Positions 7,217 to 16,077 of a stretch of 32,000 nucleotides of DNA are shown here, piece by piece. Origin of the DNA: Methanothermobacter thermautotrophicus str. Delta H (GTDB lineage Archaea; Methanobacteriota; Methanobacteria; Methanobacteriales; Methanothermobacteraceae); assembly GCF_000008645.1 (NCBI RefSeq), contig NC_000916.1:780001-812000 (forward strand). Reading direction: 5' to 3'. The notes beneath the pieces were generated by a model. That model saw nothing but the letters and a program-made list of their open reading frames with translations. It had not been told where the DNA came from and searched no databases. Made by a program: the position numbers and the translations under genes. The number at the start of each line of letters is the position of its first letter. Position 1 is the first letter of the stretch.

Positions 7217-8829
7217 ATCTCCATTAAGTTTTTAATTTCAAATTTCTCAACATCAAAGAGACCCCTATCCCCTATCTTCAGCCGGGGGATGACGAGGAGC
7301 GAGAGGAAGGACATGGTCATGAAGGGTGCGCTGAGACGTGACCCGAGCTGTTCAGTGAAAGTGTTGAGGTTCTCAAATCCATCTGCAACCTCAAATACAT
7401 CCCCATCTGACATCAGACCTGCCACAGGAAGCTGAAGGACCCTGTGATCATCCCCTGAGACCGCCACAAGACCCCCTCCTGCTTTTTTAAGTATATCAAC
7501 CGCCCTCTTCATCAGCTCAGGATCCACTCCCACCACGATCAGGTTGTGTGAGTCATGGGCAACTGTTGATGCTATTGCCCCCTCCTGGAGGCCGAATCCA
7601 TGAACGAAGCCGCTGGAGATATTACCCCTCCCGTACCTGTCAAGGACAGATACCCTGAGGATATCTGAGGACGTGTCAGCCTGCACGGTGCCGTCCTCAA
7701 CTTCCAGGGTTGCAATTAGCTCTTCAGTTATGAGCTGGCCGTCCAGTACATCTATGACCCTCACAGTGGCTTCATCACCCTCAGCCCTGATATTCAATCT
7801 CTCAACTGGAAAATCAGGCACTTCAAGTTTCCTGGGGGGTGCCCTGGTTCCCCCGGATCTCCTGATGAGGTATCTGCCCCTATCCGCCACAGGTCTACCA
7901 TCTATGTAGACCCTCTTAACGTTGAAGTCCCTGAGGCTGTCAACCACCACGAAGTCAGCATCCCATCCAGGCGCTATTGCCCCTGTGCTGAGGCCGTAGT
8001 GCTCCGCAGGGTTTATGGTGACCATCTGCACAGCGCTTACAGGGTCAATACCGTAATCGACCGCCCTCCTGAGTATCCTGTCCATGTGCCCCTCCAGCAG
8101 GTCGGCGGGGTGGATGTCATCGGATACCAGGAAGTCACACCCTGCAGCGGCAAGGTCCCGGAGGTTCCTCGCGCTTGATCCCTCACGTGCCATTATCTTC
8201 ATTCCAAGTCTCCTCTTCTCAAGGACCTCCTCGGGGCTCACACATTCGTGGTCAGTGGATATCCCCGCCCCTATGTAGGTGCACAGTTCATCCCCTGAGA
8301 GGAGGGGGGCATGTCCATCAACAGGCATGTTAAGGTCCCTTGCAGCCTTTATCTTAGCCATGACCCCATCATCACCGGCTATGACTGCCGGGAAGTTCAT
8401 CATCTCGCCTAGGGCCACCACTGAATCCATTCTGAGTAGTTCCTCTATCCCCCTCGCTGTGATCTCTGCCCCGGCAGTTTCAAAGGGGGTTGCGGGTACA
8501 CATGATGGTGCTGTGAAGTAGAATTTCATTGGTGTCGCTGCAGCATCATCTATCATGAACCTCACACCATCCACGCCCATGACGTTTGCTATCTCATGGG
8601 GGTCCGATATGGCTGAGACAGTGCCATGGGGTATGGCTGCCGCTGCAAATGAGGAGGGTATGAGCATTGAACTCTCAATGTGGAGGTGGGCGTCTATGAA
8701 GCCGGGGATGATTATATCAGAAAAGTTTCCGCTGATGCTTCGAACACACCTCACCCTTCCACCGGCCACCTCTATCTCAGCCGGGTAGATGTCGCCGGTG
8801 AAGACGTTGAGGATGTTCCCACTTATCAT
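7213..8829 (-). CDS. ade: adenine deaminase
   Basis: 538 aa. The amidohydrolase metal motif IIPGFIDAHLHIESSM and overall collinearity fit adenine deaminases, including the C-terminal GLFDVEKFE. The start ATG directly abuts the upstream stop (TGAATG). Confidence 0.9.
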   Translation of the reverse strand: MISGNILNVFTGDIYPAEIEVAGGRVRCVRSISGNFSDIIIPGFIDAHLHIESSMLIPSSFAAAAIPHGTVSAISDPHEIANVMGVDGVRFMIDDAAATPMKFYFTAPSCVPATPFETAGAEITARGIEELLRMDSVVALGEMMNFPAVIAGDDGVMAKIKAARDLNMPVDGHAPLLSGDELCTYIGAGISTDHECVSPEEVLEKRRLGMKIMAREGSSARNLRDLAAAGCDFLVSDDIHPADLLEGHMDRILRRAVDYGIDPVSAVQMVTINPAEHYGLSTGAIAPGWDADFVVVDSLRDFNVKRVYIDGRPVADRGRYLIRRSGGTRAPPRKLEVPDFPVERLNIRAEGDEATVRVIDVLDGQLITEELIATLEVEDGTVQADTSSDILRVSVLDRYGRGNISSGFVHGFGLQEGAIASTVAHDSHNLIVVGVDPELMKRAVDILKKAGGGLVAVSGDDHRVLQLPVAGLMSDGDVFEVADGFENLNTFTEQLGSRLSAPFMTMSFLSLLVIPRLKIGDRGLFDVEKFEIKNLMEM

Positions 8830-10065
8830 TCAATCCCCCAGGCCGTTCATCTTTTTGATTTCGTGGAGTAGGATGGGTATGAATGCACCCACATCTGTAA
8901 CCACGCTCACAGCCTGGGAGCTGCCCCTGTCAGAGAGCTTTGTAACGGTTGCAGGGTTTATATCCACGCATATGGTTTTAACGCGTGAGGGGAGTATGTT
9001 GCCGGTTGCGATGGAGTGGAGCATGGTGGCTATCATTATGACCATGTCCAGGTCCTGGACGTATTTCCTCATCTCATTCTGGGCCTCCATCACATCGGTT
9101 ATGACGTCAGGGAGTGGTCCGTCATCCCTTATTGAACCGGCAAGCACAAAGGGCACATCATTCTTTACGCACTCATACATTATCCCTGATGTTAGAACGC
9201 CCTGCTCCACCGCATCCCTTATTGAACCGGCGCGGTTTATCTCATTTATCGCGTTTATATGGTGCCTGTGGCCCCTGCTCACCGCCTCACCCCTATCTAT
9301 ATCAACTCCGAGGGAGGTCCCGTAGAGTGCGCATTCAATGTCATGGGTTGCCAGGGCGTTTCCGGCGAACAGGACGTCTATGAATCCCAGACGTATCATC
9401 TCTGCAATTACAGGGGCTGACCCTGTGTGTACGATGGCTGGTCCGCCGACGAGACCTATCCTTCCACCTCTCTTTTTTATCTCTGTTATTTCAGATGCGA
9501 TCTTCTTTATTGTGGTCACGAGGGGCTTCTCACTTGACACTTCACTGCCCATGAATTCGAAGACGCCCTGCTTTCCCCTGGGCCTCTCAGGGGGGACAAC
9601 CTTTATGCCCTCCCTTCCAACAACCACGAGGTCTCCCTTCTTTATCTCCCTGATGGGTTTGCAGCGGGCTGTTCTGCTCTCCGGGTCAACCACTATCATG
9701 CAGTCCATCTCTATTCCCTCAACCTCCACCCATTCACCGCCATGGTAGATGAAGGTCTGATGGTTGGTGGTGGAGTAGAAGTCGTCCGGCAGAACCCTGT
9801 CCATGGGTGCCCTCCGGAGTTCAGCCTCCTTTATCTCTGCTATGGATGCCCCTATCTCACCCAGTTCATCCAGGATCTGGTTAAGTAGTGAGGGTGTTTC
9901 CGCCTCAACAAGTATCCTTGCATGGCTTGGATCCGATTTTCTTTTACCTATATCGATTTCAAGTATCTGGAAGTCCCCGCCCATATCCATTATTATATCA
10001 AGGGCTCTGGGGAGTATTAGACTATCAATTATATGACCCCTGAGCTCCACCTCTCTTGTATTCAT
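8830..10065 (-). CDS. LOR/SDH-domain (TIGR00300-like) protein, probable archaeal-type ornithine cyclodeaminase (AgrE/ArgZ C-terminal domain family)
   Basis: 411 aa. The N-terminal ACT-like region ([21 protein letters not shown]) and the C-terminal Rossmann-like region ([22 protein letters not shown]) resemble the LOR/SDH conserved family. Family membership is from memory and activity is not established here. Confidence 0.6.
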   Translation of the reverse strand: MNTREVELRGHIIDSLILPRALDIIMDMGGDFQILEIDIGKRKSDPSHARILVEAETPSLLNQILDELGEIGASIAEIKEAELRRAPMDRVLPDDFYSTTNHQTFIYHGGEWVEVEGIEMDCMIVVDPESRTARCKPIREIKKGDLVVVGREGIKVVPPERPRGKQGVFEFMGSEVSSEKPLVTTIKKIASEITEIKKRGGRIGLVGGPAIVHTGSAPVIAEMIRLGFIDVLFAGNALATHDIECALYGTSLGVDIDRGEAVSRGHRHHINAINEINRAGSIRDAVEQGVLTSGIMYECVKNDVPFVLAGSIRDDGPLPDVITDVMEAQNEMRKYVQDLDMVIMIATMLHSIATGNILPSRVKTICVDINPATVTKLSDRGSSQAVSVVTDVGAFIPILLHEIKKMNGLGD

Positions 10066-10107
10066 GATAACACCACTTGAGACTGATCATTAAGTGGTTG
10101 GCCTCCA

Positions 10108-10120
10108 AGATATAAAAATC
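10108..10120 (-). promoter_or_regulatory. TATA box (GATTTTTATATCT on minus strand) for the OCD-ade-MTH865-like unit
   Basis: Centred ~49 nt upstream of ATG 10065. GGTG lies 6 nt before the ATG. Confidence 0.45.
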
Positions 10121-10202
10121 TGCTGGAGCCATTGCTGAGATAAGAGGGATTAACTGAACTTAGATGTGGCGCGCCGGATGCAAACGGTGGGGATTTATGG
10201 AT

Positions 10203-11063
10203 TCAGAGGAGTGTTAGAATGTCGTAGATTATTTTGGCTGCGTTTACAGATGTTGGGTCAGCCATGCCACCCGATGCGACCTCAACCACATCAAGGCCCA
10301 CCACATCCTTACCTGAGAGTGCGAGGACAAGTTCCTCCATGATGTGGGGTGTGAGTCCGGCAGGTGCCGGGTTACCCACAGATGGAGCATAGGCAGGGTC
10401 AAGGACATCCATGTCCACCGAAATGTAGACCGGGCCCCGGATACCATCTATGAGTTCAATGGCACCGGCAGGGTCCCCCATGACCTCATGGGCCATGCAG
10501 AACCTGACACCCTCCTCCCCTGCAAATTCCGCCTCCTCCGATGATGCTGATCTAATACCTATCTGTATTATCTCGGCTCCAAGCTCATGGACCCTCCTCA
10601 TGACGGTGGCATGTGAGTACCTTTCTCCGGCGTAGGTATCTGCCAGGTCCATGTGGGCATCCAGGTGAACCACTGTCAGGGAATCATGTTCAGGCAGATT
10701 CTCGATCACGGGGAGGGTGACCGTATGCTCACCGCCAATTATGAGTGGTTTAAGGCCCATATCCAGGACTTCAGACACAGAGTCCCCTATGAAACCCGCT
10801 GTCTTCATGAAGTTGCCAGGGGAAACCTCAAGGTCTCCAAAATCAAAACTTTTAACCTTCACATTCTCTGAAAAACGCAGGTTGTATGCTTCAAAGCTGT
10901 ATGATGCCTCCCTGACAGCCATTGGTCCGAAACGTGCCCCCGGCACATAGCTTGTCGTGGAATCAAAGGGGACCCCCATTATTCCAAAGGAGAGTTCCGG
11001 GATCCTTTCATGGTCTGTGGTGGAAAAAGCAAATTTGAGGGGCTCATGGGTGTGGATAAGCAA
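10203..11063 (-). CDS. speB: agmatinase (ureohydrolase family)
   Basis: 286 aa, TTG start. Ureohydrolase Mn-binding motifs are present: GGEHTVT, HLDAHMD, SVDMDVLDP. Confidence 0.85.
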   Translation of the reverse strand: MLIHTHEPLKFAFSTTDHERIPELSFGIMGVPFDSTTSYVPGARFGPMAVREASYSFEAYNLRFSENVKVKSFDFGDLEVSPGNFMKTAGFIGDSVSEVLDMGLKPLIIGGEHTVTLPVIENLPEHDSLTVVHLDAHMDLADTYAGERYSHATVMRRVHELGAEIIQIGIRSASSEEAEFAGEEGVRFCMAHEVMGDPAGAIELIDGIRGPVYISVDMDVLDPAYAPSVGNPAPAGLTPHIMEELVLALSGKDVVGLDVVEVASGGMADPTSVNAAKIIYDILTLL

Positions 11064-11108
11064 TTCAGGTGTCCTTCCAGAACTGTAAAAAGAGATTTGT
11101 GTGGGTGT

Positions 11109-11501
11109 TTACCCCTTGGTCCTCATGAGTTTCCTCTGACCGAGGGCCTCGATGTACTCAACCTCGACACCCTCAACCAGCTGTTCACTCAGTTCATCAG
11201 GTATTGGCGTTTCAAAGGTCTCATAGGTTTCAAGGTCCATTAACTGGACGTCTCCACCCATTATGGCAATGACCTGAGCTGTCCTCTTGTCTATTATAGG
11301 TATGTCCACCTTTGAATCGACTGGTTTGACGAAGCTCCTCTTCTGGTTGTCGAAGATCCCCACCGCTTCCACACGGGCCTTTGCTGATCCGTGTTTGCCG
11401 GGGGATGATGTTGAGATGTTTGTGATCTTTGATGCCTCTCCATCAATGATCACGTACTTTCCAACCTTAAGCGTTTTAACTTCAACCACTTTCTTTGACA
11501 T
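11109..11501 (-). CDS. eif5a: translation initiation factor 5A (aIF5A)
   Basis: 130 aa. The hypusine loop [15 protein letters not shown] is present. AGGAGG lies 8 nt upstream of the ATG. Confidence 0.95.
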   Translation of the reverse strand: MSKKVVEVKTLKVGKYVIIDGEASKITNISTSSPGKHGSAKARVEAVGIFDNQKRSFVKPVDSKVDIPIIDKRTAQVIAIMGGDVQLMDLETYETFETPIPDELSEQLVEGVEVEYIEALGQRKLMRTKG

Positions 11502-11567
11502 TAATCTTACCTCCTGTTAGAATGAGTGATGTGGGACTTCAATGTATATCTATTAATTCAGTGGACA

Positions 11568-11575
11568 TTATATAA
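11568..11575. promoter_or_regulatory. palindromic TATA octamer TTATATAA in the divergent aIF5A / pdaD spacer (possible bidirectional promoter core)
   Basis: Read directly. It is ~30-45 nt from the pdaD start candidates and ~70 nt from the aIF5A ATG. A second TATA-like box (11543-11555) lies closer to aIF5A. Confidence 0.35.
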
Positions 11576-11604
11576 AAGCTTTATAGGAATTCAGTAAGCT
11601 GATT

Positions 11605-12060
11605 ATGGTGATTGTAATGAAGGTTGCTATAACATCAGGTGCCGCCGAAGGACCCACAAAGCTCAATGCCTTTGACAACGCACTCTTGCAGGCTGGAATC
11701 GGAGACGTGAACCTGATAAAGGTTTCAAGCATACTCCCAAGGAACACAAGGATAGTGGAGCTGCCGGAGCTTGAACCCGGATCAATTGTGAACTGTGTCC
11801 TCTCTCACATGGTTTCAGAGAGAAGGGGTGACCTAATATCTGCTGCAGTCGCTGTGGCCACCTCCAGTGACTTCGGGTGTGTCGTTGAGAACTCCAGCGT
11901 CAACAGGGACCCTGAGGATGTGAGGAGTGAAGCCATCTCAATGGTCAGATACATGATGTCGGTGCGGGGCCTTGAAATAAAGGAATTAATAGTAGAAGAG
12001 ACAAATCATGTTGTTGAGAAATGCGGTGCTGCTGTATCTGCCGTCGTATATCTTGATTGA
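11605..12060 (+). CDS. pdaD: pyruvoyl-dependent arginine decarboxylase
   Basis: 151 aa. [25 protein letters not shown] contains the Ser-Ser self-cleavage site typical of PdaD. ATG 11617 (GGTGA 5 nt upstream) may be the true start. Confidence 0.9.
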   Translation: MVIVMKVAITSGAAEGPTKLNAFDNALLQAGIGDVNLIKVSSILPRNTRIVELPELEPGSIVNCVLSHMVSERRGDLISAAVAVATSSDFGCVVENSSVNRDPEDVRSEAISMVRYMMSVRGLEIKELIVEETNHVVEKCGAAVSAVVYLD

Positions 12061-12078
12061 AGTCAGGAAGGGGGTTTC

Positions 12079-12921
12079 ATGGAGGAATCTGATATTTACT
12101 ACTGGAAGGGTGTTGCCGTGAGAATGGCTGAGCAGGTTGAAAGGGCCGTATCTCCCCTTGTTGGGACAGAAGACGCAGGGGAGATAATCAAAATGGGGGC
12201 CGATGGCACACCCACCAAACTTATAGACCTCGTTGCGGAGGATGAAGCCGTTGGTGTCCTTGAGAGTACGGGTAGGCCTGTCACAATAATAAGTGAGGAG
12301 ATAGGTGTCCTCCACATAAACAGCGAGGGGGATGAACCCGGGATAATCTTCGTTGTGGACCCCCTGGACGGTACAAGCAACGCCATAAGGAACATACCCT
12401 TCTACGGCATATCAGTGGCTGTGGCAGAACGCCACCCCGACGGTGCAGCCCCAACCCTTAATAACGTCCTGATGGGCTTTGTTAAGAACTTCGCCACGGG
12501 GGACCTCTACTGGGCAATAAAAGGCCAGGGGGCCTTCCTCAATGAGAAAGCGATAAGCTCATCCTCACAGAGCTCCCTCGACAGGACATCCCTGGGGGCC
12601 TTCATATATGGCACGCGCTTCAGGAGGGTGGACAGCATCTGCAGGGTGATCCGGAGAATGCGTATCCTGGGATCCGTGGCCCTTGAACTGGCCTACGTTG
12701 CAAGCGGTTCCTACGACGCCTTCATGGACCTCAGGGAGAATCTCAGGATAGTTGACATAGCAGCATCCAAGCTCATTGTGGAGGAGGCAGGCGGTGTGGT
12801 GACCAATGAGAGGGGTGGAGAAATAGACGGCCTTCTGAACGTTAAGGCAAGAACATCCCTTGTTGCCGCCGGAAACCTGGAGCTCCACGAGAAGATAATG
12901 CAGACCCTGGAGGTCATATGA
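12079..12921 (+). CDS. suhB: inositol-monophosphatase/FBPase-family phosphatase (possible NADP phosphatase)
   Basis: 280 aa. IMPase-family motifs are present: EEIG, VVDPLDGTSNA, and VDIAAS in place of WD.AA. Confidence 0.85.
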   Translation: MEESDIYYWKGVAVRMAEQVERAVSPLVGTEDAGEIIKMGADGTPTKLIDLVAEDEAVGVLESTGRPVTIISEEIGVLHINSEGDEPGIIFVVDPLDGTSNAIRNIPFYGISVAVAERHPDGAAPTLNNVLMGFVKNFATGDLYWAIKGQGAFLNEKAISSSSQSSLDRTSLGAFIYGTRFRRVDSICRVIRRMRILGSVALELAYVASGSYDAFMDLRENLRIVDIAASKLIVEEAGGVVTNERGGEIDGLLNVKARTSLVAAGNLELHEKIMQTLEVI

Positions 12922-13769
12922 TGCGCATAGGGATAATAGCCCGTTTTGATGTTGCAGAGGCCGTTGAAATCGCTGAAAGAGTGGCCTCATTCCTCCTGAA
13001 CAGGGGGGTTGAAATTACGGTTGACCTCAAGCTCACAGAGGAACTCCCACAGCTGAGGGAATACGGTGAGGACATAAGGAACATGGATGCAGACATGATA
13101 CTCACCATCGGCGGGGATGGGACAATACTCAGGACCCGGAGCCTCATAGAGGATAAGGAGATACCTATACTCGGTATAAACATGGGGACAGTTGGTTTTT
13201 TAACTGAGGTTGACCCTGAAAATGTATTCTCAGCCCTTGAAGCTGTCCTCAGGGGCGAATACGCCGTTGAGAAGAGGACCCTCCTGAGTGTCTACCACAA
13301 TGATGAGCTGCCCTCCGCCCTCAACGAGGTCGTTCTCATGACCCGTAGGCCAGCGAAGATGCTGCATATAGAGATATCTGTTGATGATGAGGTGGTTGAG
13401 GAGCTACGCGCCGACGGGATAATCATAGCAACGCCAAGTGGCTCAACAGCGTACTCGATGTCAGCAGGGGGCCCCATTGTCGACCCCAGGGTTGAAGCGT
13501 TCCTCATAGTGCCAATATGTCCCTTCAAACTCAGCGCAAGACCCCTTGTGGTTTCAAACAAGAGTGTAATCCGGGTTAAACTCCTCAGGAAGGGTAAAAA
13601 GGCCATCGCCGTTATCGACGGCCAGTATGAGGAGGAGATCAACCACATGGATGAGGTCATATTCAGGAAGTCAGAACGAAAGGCCCACTTCGTGAGGCTC
13701 AGCAAGGATTTCTACAGGAAGGTCCGTGAAAAACTCATAGAGGGCGGAATAGACTCTATAAAGGGTTAA
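12918..13769 (+). CDS. nadK: NAD kinase
   Basis: 283 aa. GGDGTILR and ATPSGSTAYSMSAGGPIV motifs are present. ATGA overlap with the upstream phosphatase gene. Confidence 0.9.
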   Translation: MMRIGIIARFDVAEAVEIAERVASFLLNRGVEITVDLKLTEELPQLREYGEDIRNMDADMILTIGGDGTILRTRSLIEDKEIPILGINMGTVGFLTEVDPENVFSALEAVLRGEYAVEKRTLLSVYHNDELPSALNEVVLMTRRPAKMLHIEISVDDEVVEELRADGIIIATPSGSTAYSMSAGGPIVDPRVEAFLIVPICPFKLSARPLVVSNKSVIRVKLLRKGKKAIAVIDGQYEEEINHMDEVIFRKSERKAHFVRLSKDFYRKVREKLIEGGIDSIKG

Positions 13770-13774
13770 AGGTT

Positions 13775-15094
13775 GTGTCCATGAAATTTAACATTTCAAG
13801 GCCCCTCGTGACTGACCTCACACATGGCGGTGTCACCATTGCCCTGGAGATGAGGAAACACTTCCCTGAGGTCATGGCGTGGGACTTTTACGGCACACTC
13901 GGTGATGATGACCGTGAAATGCTCATTGAAAAAGGGGTTGATGTTGTTGAAGGACCTGTCAGTGGCTCCACAGTAATAGCACCGGTCCACTGCCCGGTCA
14001 GATCAGATTTAACCCATCATGAGATAACCGGCTGGCTCCTGGGATCCTGGAGGAGGGAGAAGGGTGTGCCGGTGGTGGAGGTGACCGGTGTTAAGGGAAA
14101 AACCAGCACCGTATGGATACTCAGGAGCATCATGGGAGACCTTGAACCCCTGGTCCTCAGCAGTCTTGGATCCTGGGCCGGTGATGAACTCCTGCGGCGG
14201 GATATAAGCATAGCACCTGCCAGCATAATTGAGACCGTGAACCTTGCAGAGCACCATGATTACGGTGCAGCCATCTTCGAGGTCTCCCTGGGTGGGACCG
14301 GCCTGGCAGATGTGGGGGTTCTAACAAACATAGCCGAGGACTACGGGATAAGGAGGGGTACCTCAAGGGCCAGCAGGGCAAAGGAGCAGATATTCAGAAG
14401 CCGGCTGGTCTGCTGCGAATACAGGGCCTTCTGGAGGCACTACAGCAGATTCCAGGAGAGGACAAACACCTTCTCAGTGAGGGACACTGAGGCCACACTC
14501 CACGTGGATGATGTGAACTACGGCCTTGAGTCAACAGAGGCCACACTAGATGCCACCGGGCTTAAAACCCTTGCCGGGGACCATCTGGATGCAGAATTCC
14601 GGATTGAAACCTTTGCACCTGCAGAACACCAGCTCTCCAATGTCCTTGCAGCTGCAAGCGCCGCCCTGACCCTCGGGTTTGATGTTGAGGATGTTCAGAG
14701 GGGTGTTAAGGACTACCATGGAATTCCAGGAAGGACCTCCATGAGACAGCTCAAGGGCACCACCATAATAGAGGAGATAAACCCGGGGCTCAACGTGCGG
14801 GCCATAGAGTACACCCTGAAAATGGCCATGGAACTTCCAGATCCCATCATCATACTCGGGGGAAGGTACGGGGTTACCTGTGAGGAGATAGATGAGGCCC
14901 GCCTCTCCGAGACACTCAGCAATTATGACCTTAAGTTCATATTCACCGATGAACTGGGGTACAGTATCATGAGGAGATCCGGCATGGATGGCATCTACTT
15001 TAAAAACCCGGAGGATGCCCTCAGGGTCGGGCTAAATCATCGTACAGTCGTTCTCATTTACCGCTCAGAGTATGGTGACCTTACAAAAAGGTAA
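13775..15094 (+). CDS. cfbE: Mur-ligase-family protein, possibly coenzyme F430 synthetase (CfbE)
   Basis: 439 aa (GTG 13775 or ATG 13781). A Mur-ligase P-loop GVKGKTST follows a ~100-aa N-domain with DLTHGG. It sits directly upstream of hemC. It could alternatively be a pseudomurein peptide ligase. Confidence 0.5.
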   Translation: MSMKFNISRPLVTDLTHGGVTIALEMRKHFPEVMAWDFYGTLGDDDREMLIEKGVDVVEGPVSGSTVIAPVHCPVRSDLTHHEITGWLLGSWRREKGVPVVEVTGVKGKTSTVWILRSIMGDLEPLVLSSLGSWAGDELLRRDISIAPASIIETVNLAEHHDYGAAIFEVSLGGTGLADVGVLTNIAEDYGIRRGTSRASRAKEQIFRSRLVCCEYRAFWRHYSRFQERTNTFSVRDTEATLHVDDVNYGLESTEATLDATGLKTLAGDHLDAEFRIETFAPAEHQLSNVLAAASAALTLGFDVEDVQRGVKDYHGIPGRTSMRQLKGTTIIEEINPGLNVRAIEYTLKMAMELPDPIIILGGRYGVTCEEIDEARLSETLSNYDLKFIFTDELGYSIMRRSGMDGIYFKNPEDALRVGLNHRTVVLIYRSEYGDLTKR

Positions 15095-15149
15095 AAACCG
15101 GTGGTAGCCATAATTATGTGATTTTTAATAAACTGGAGTTTTTGAAAAG

Positions 15150-15157
15150 TTATATAA
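15150..15157 (+). promoter_or_regulatory. TATA box TTATATAA upstream of hemC
   Basis: Centred ~54 nt upstream of TTG 15208. GGAG lies 9 nt before the start. T5 runs at 15122-15126 and 15139-15143 could terminate the upstream gene. Confidence 0.45.
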
Positions 15158-15207
15158 TAGGATACAATAAATTTCTCAAATGATTAACGTTTACTGGAGA
15201 TGATTCA

Positions 15208-16077
15208 TTGATAGCCGGAACAAGGGGGAGTCGCCTGGCGCTGGTCCAGACGAACCATGTCATCGAGATGCTCAGTGAAGTCTGCAAAGAGAAAATCGAG
15301 AAGAAGATCATAAAGACAAAGGGCGACAGGATAAGGGATTCCCAGCTCTACAGCATGGACTCAAGGGGTCTATTCACAAGGGAACTCGACATGGCGGTCC
15401 TGAATGAGGAGGTGGACCTCGCAGTCCACAGCCTGAAGGACGTCCCCAGCGACCTTGACCCTGACCTTGCCATCGCAGCCGTGCCCCCAAGGGAATCACC
15501 TGCAGAGGTCCTGGTATCCCGCCTTGACTGGGAAGATCTCCCCCAGGGTTCCAAACTTGGAACCAGCAGTCTACGCAGGGAAGCATTCTGCAACCATCAC
15601 CAAAAAAATTTTAAGATGGAGCCCCTAAGAGGAAACATAGATACAAGGATAAGGAAGGTTATGGATGGCGAGGTCCATGCAACCATAATGGCCGAGGCAG
15701 GATTAAAACGTCTCGGACTGGAGGAGCACATAAAAAGAAGGTTCCCTGTGGAATACTTCACACCTGCCGCCGGTCAGGGAGCCCTCGCAGTTATAACCAG
15801 GGCTGACAGTGAATTGATAAGCTCCATTGGGAGGATAACCCACCATCCCTCCCTGCAGGAGGTCACCGCTGAGAAGACTCTCCTCAGAGAGCTCGGTGCA
15901 GGTTGCCAGTGCCCCCTGGGTGTCATAGGAAGGGCCACTGGAAACCAGCTAACCCTCTACGCTGTTCTTCTAACCAGAGAAGGTGAAATGCTCAGGAAGG
16001 TAACCGTTAGGGGGCCTCTTGCTGAAGCAGAGGATATAGGTAAAAAAGCTGCCAAAGAAATGGAGGATTATATTTGA
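15208..16077 (+). CDS. hemC: porphobilinogen deaminase (hydroxymethylbilane synthase)
   Basis: 289 aa, TTG start. The N-terminal GTRGSRLALVQT and the cofactor-Cys region GAGCQCPLG are characteristic. Confidence 0.92.
   Translation: MIAGTRGSRLALVQTNHVIEMLSEVCKEKIEKKIIKTKGDRIRDSQLYSMDSRGLFTRELDMAVLNEEVDLAVHSLKDVPSDLDPDLAIAAVPPRESPAEVLVSRLDWEDLPQGSKLGTSSLRREAFCNHHQKNFKMEPLRGNIDTRIRKVMDGEVHATIMAEAGLKRLGLEEHIKRRFPVEYFTPAAGQGALAVITRADSELISSIGRITHHPSLQEVTAEKTLLRELGAGCQCPLGVIGRATGNQLTLYAVLLTREGEMLRKVTVRGPLAEAEDIGKKAAKEMEDYI

Noticed and set aside
6966-7235. 89-aa plus-strand ORF
   Set aside because: It is antisense to the MTH865-like gene, whose product matches a known family. The plus-strand ORF would also run into the ade 3' end.
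5711-7269. 9-nt direct repeat acccctatc (5711-5719 and 7261-7269) as att-like island boundaries
   Set aside because: Nine nucleotides are within chance expectation for this search space. The right copy lies in conserved ade codons (GDRG), and no integrase or tRNA target is present. It is mentioned in the island finding but not adopted as evidence.
8789-9325. 178-aa plus-strand ORF, and the neighbouring 9338-9748 ORF
   Set aside because: Both are antisense to the LOR/SDH-family gene. They are S/T/P-rich shadow translations that straddle a real gene junction.
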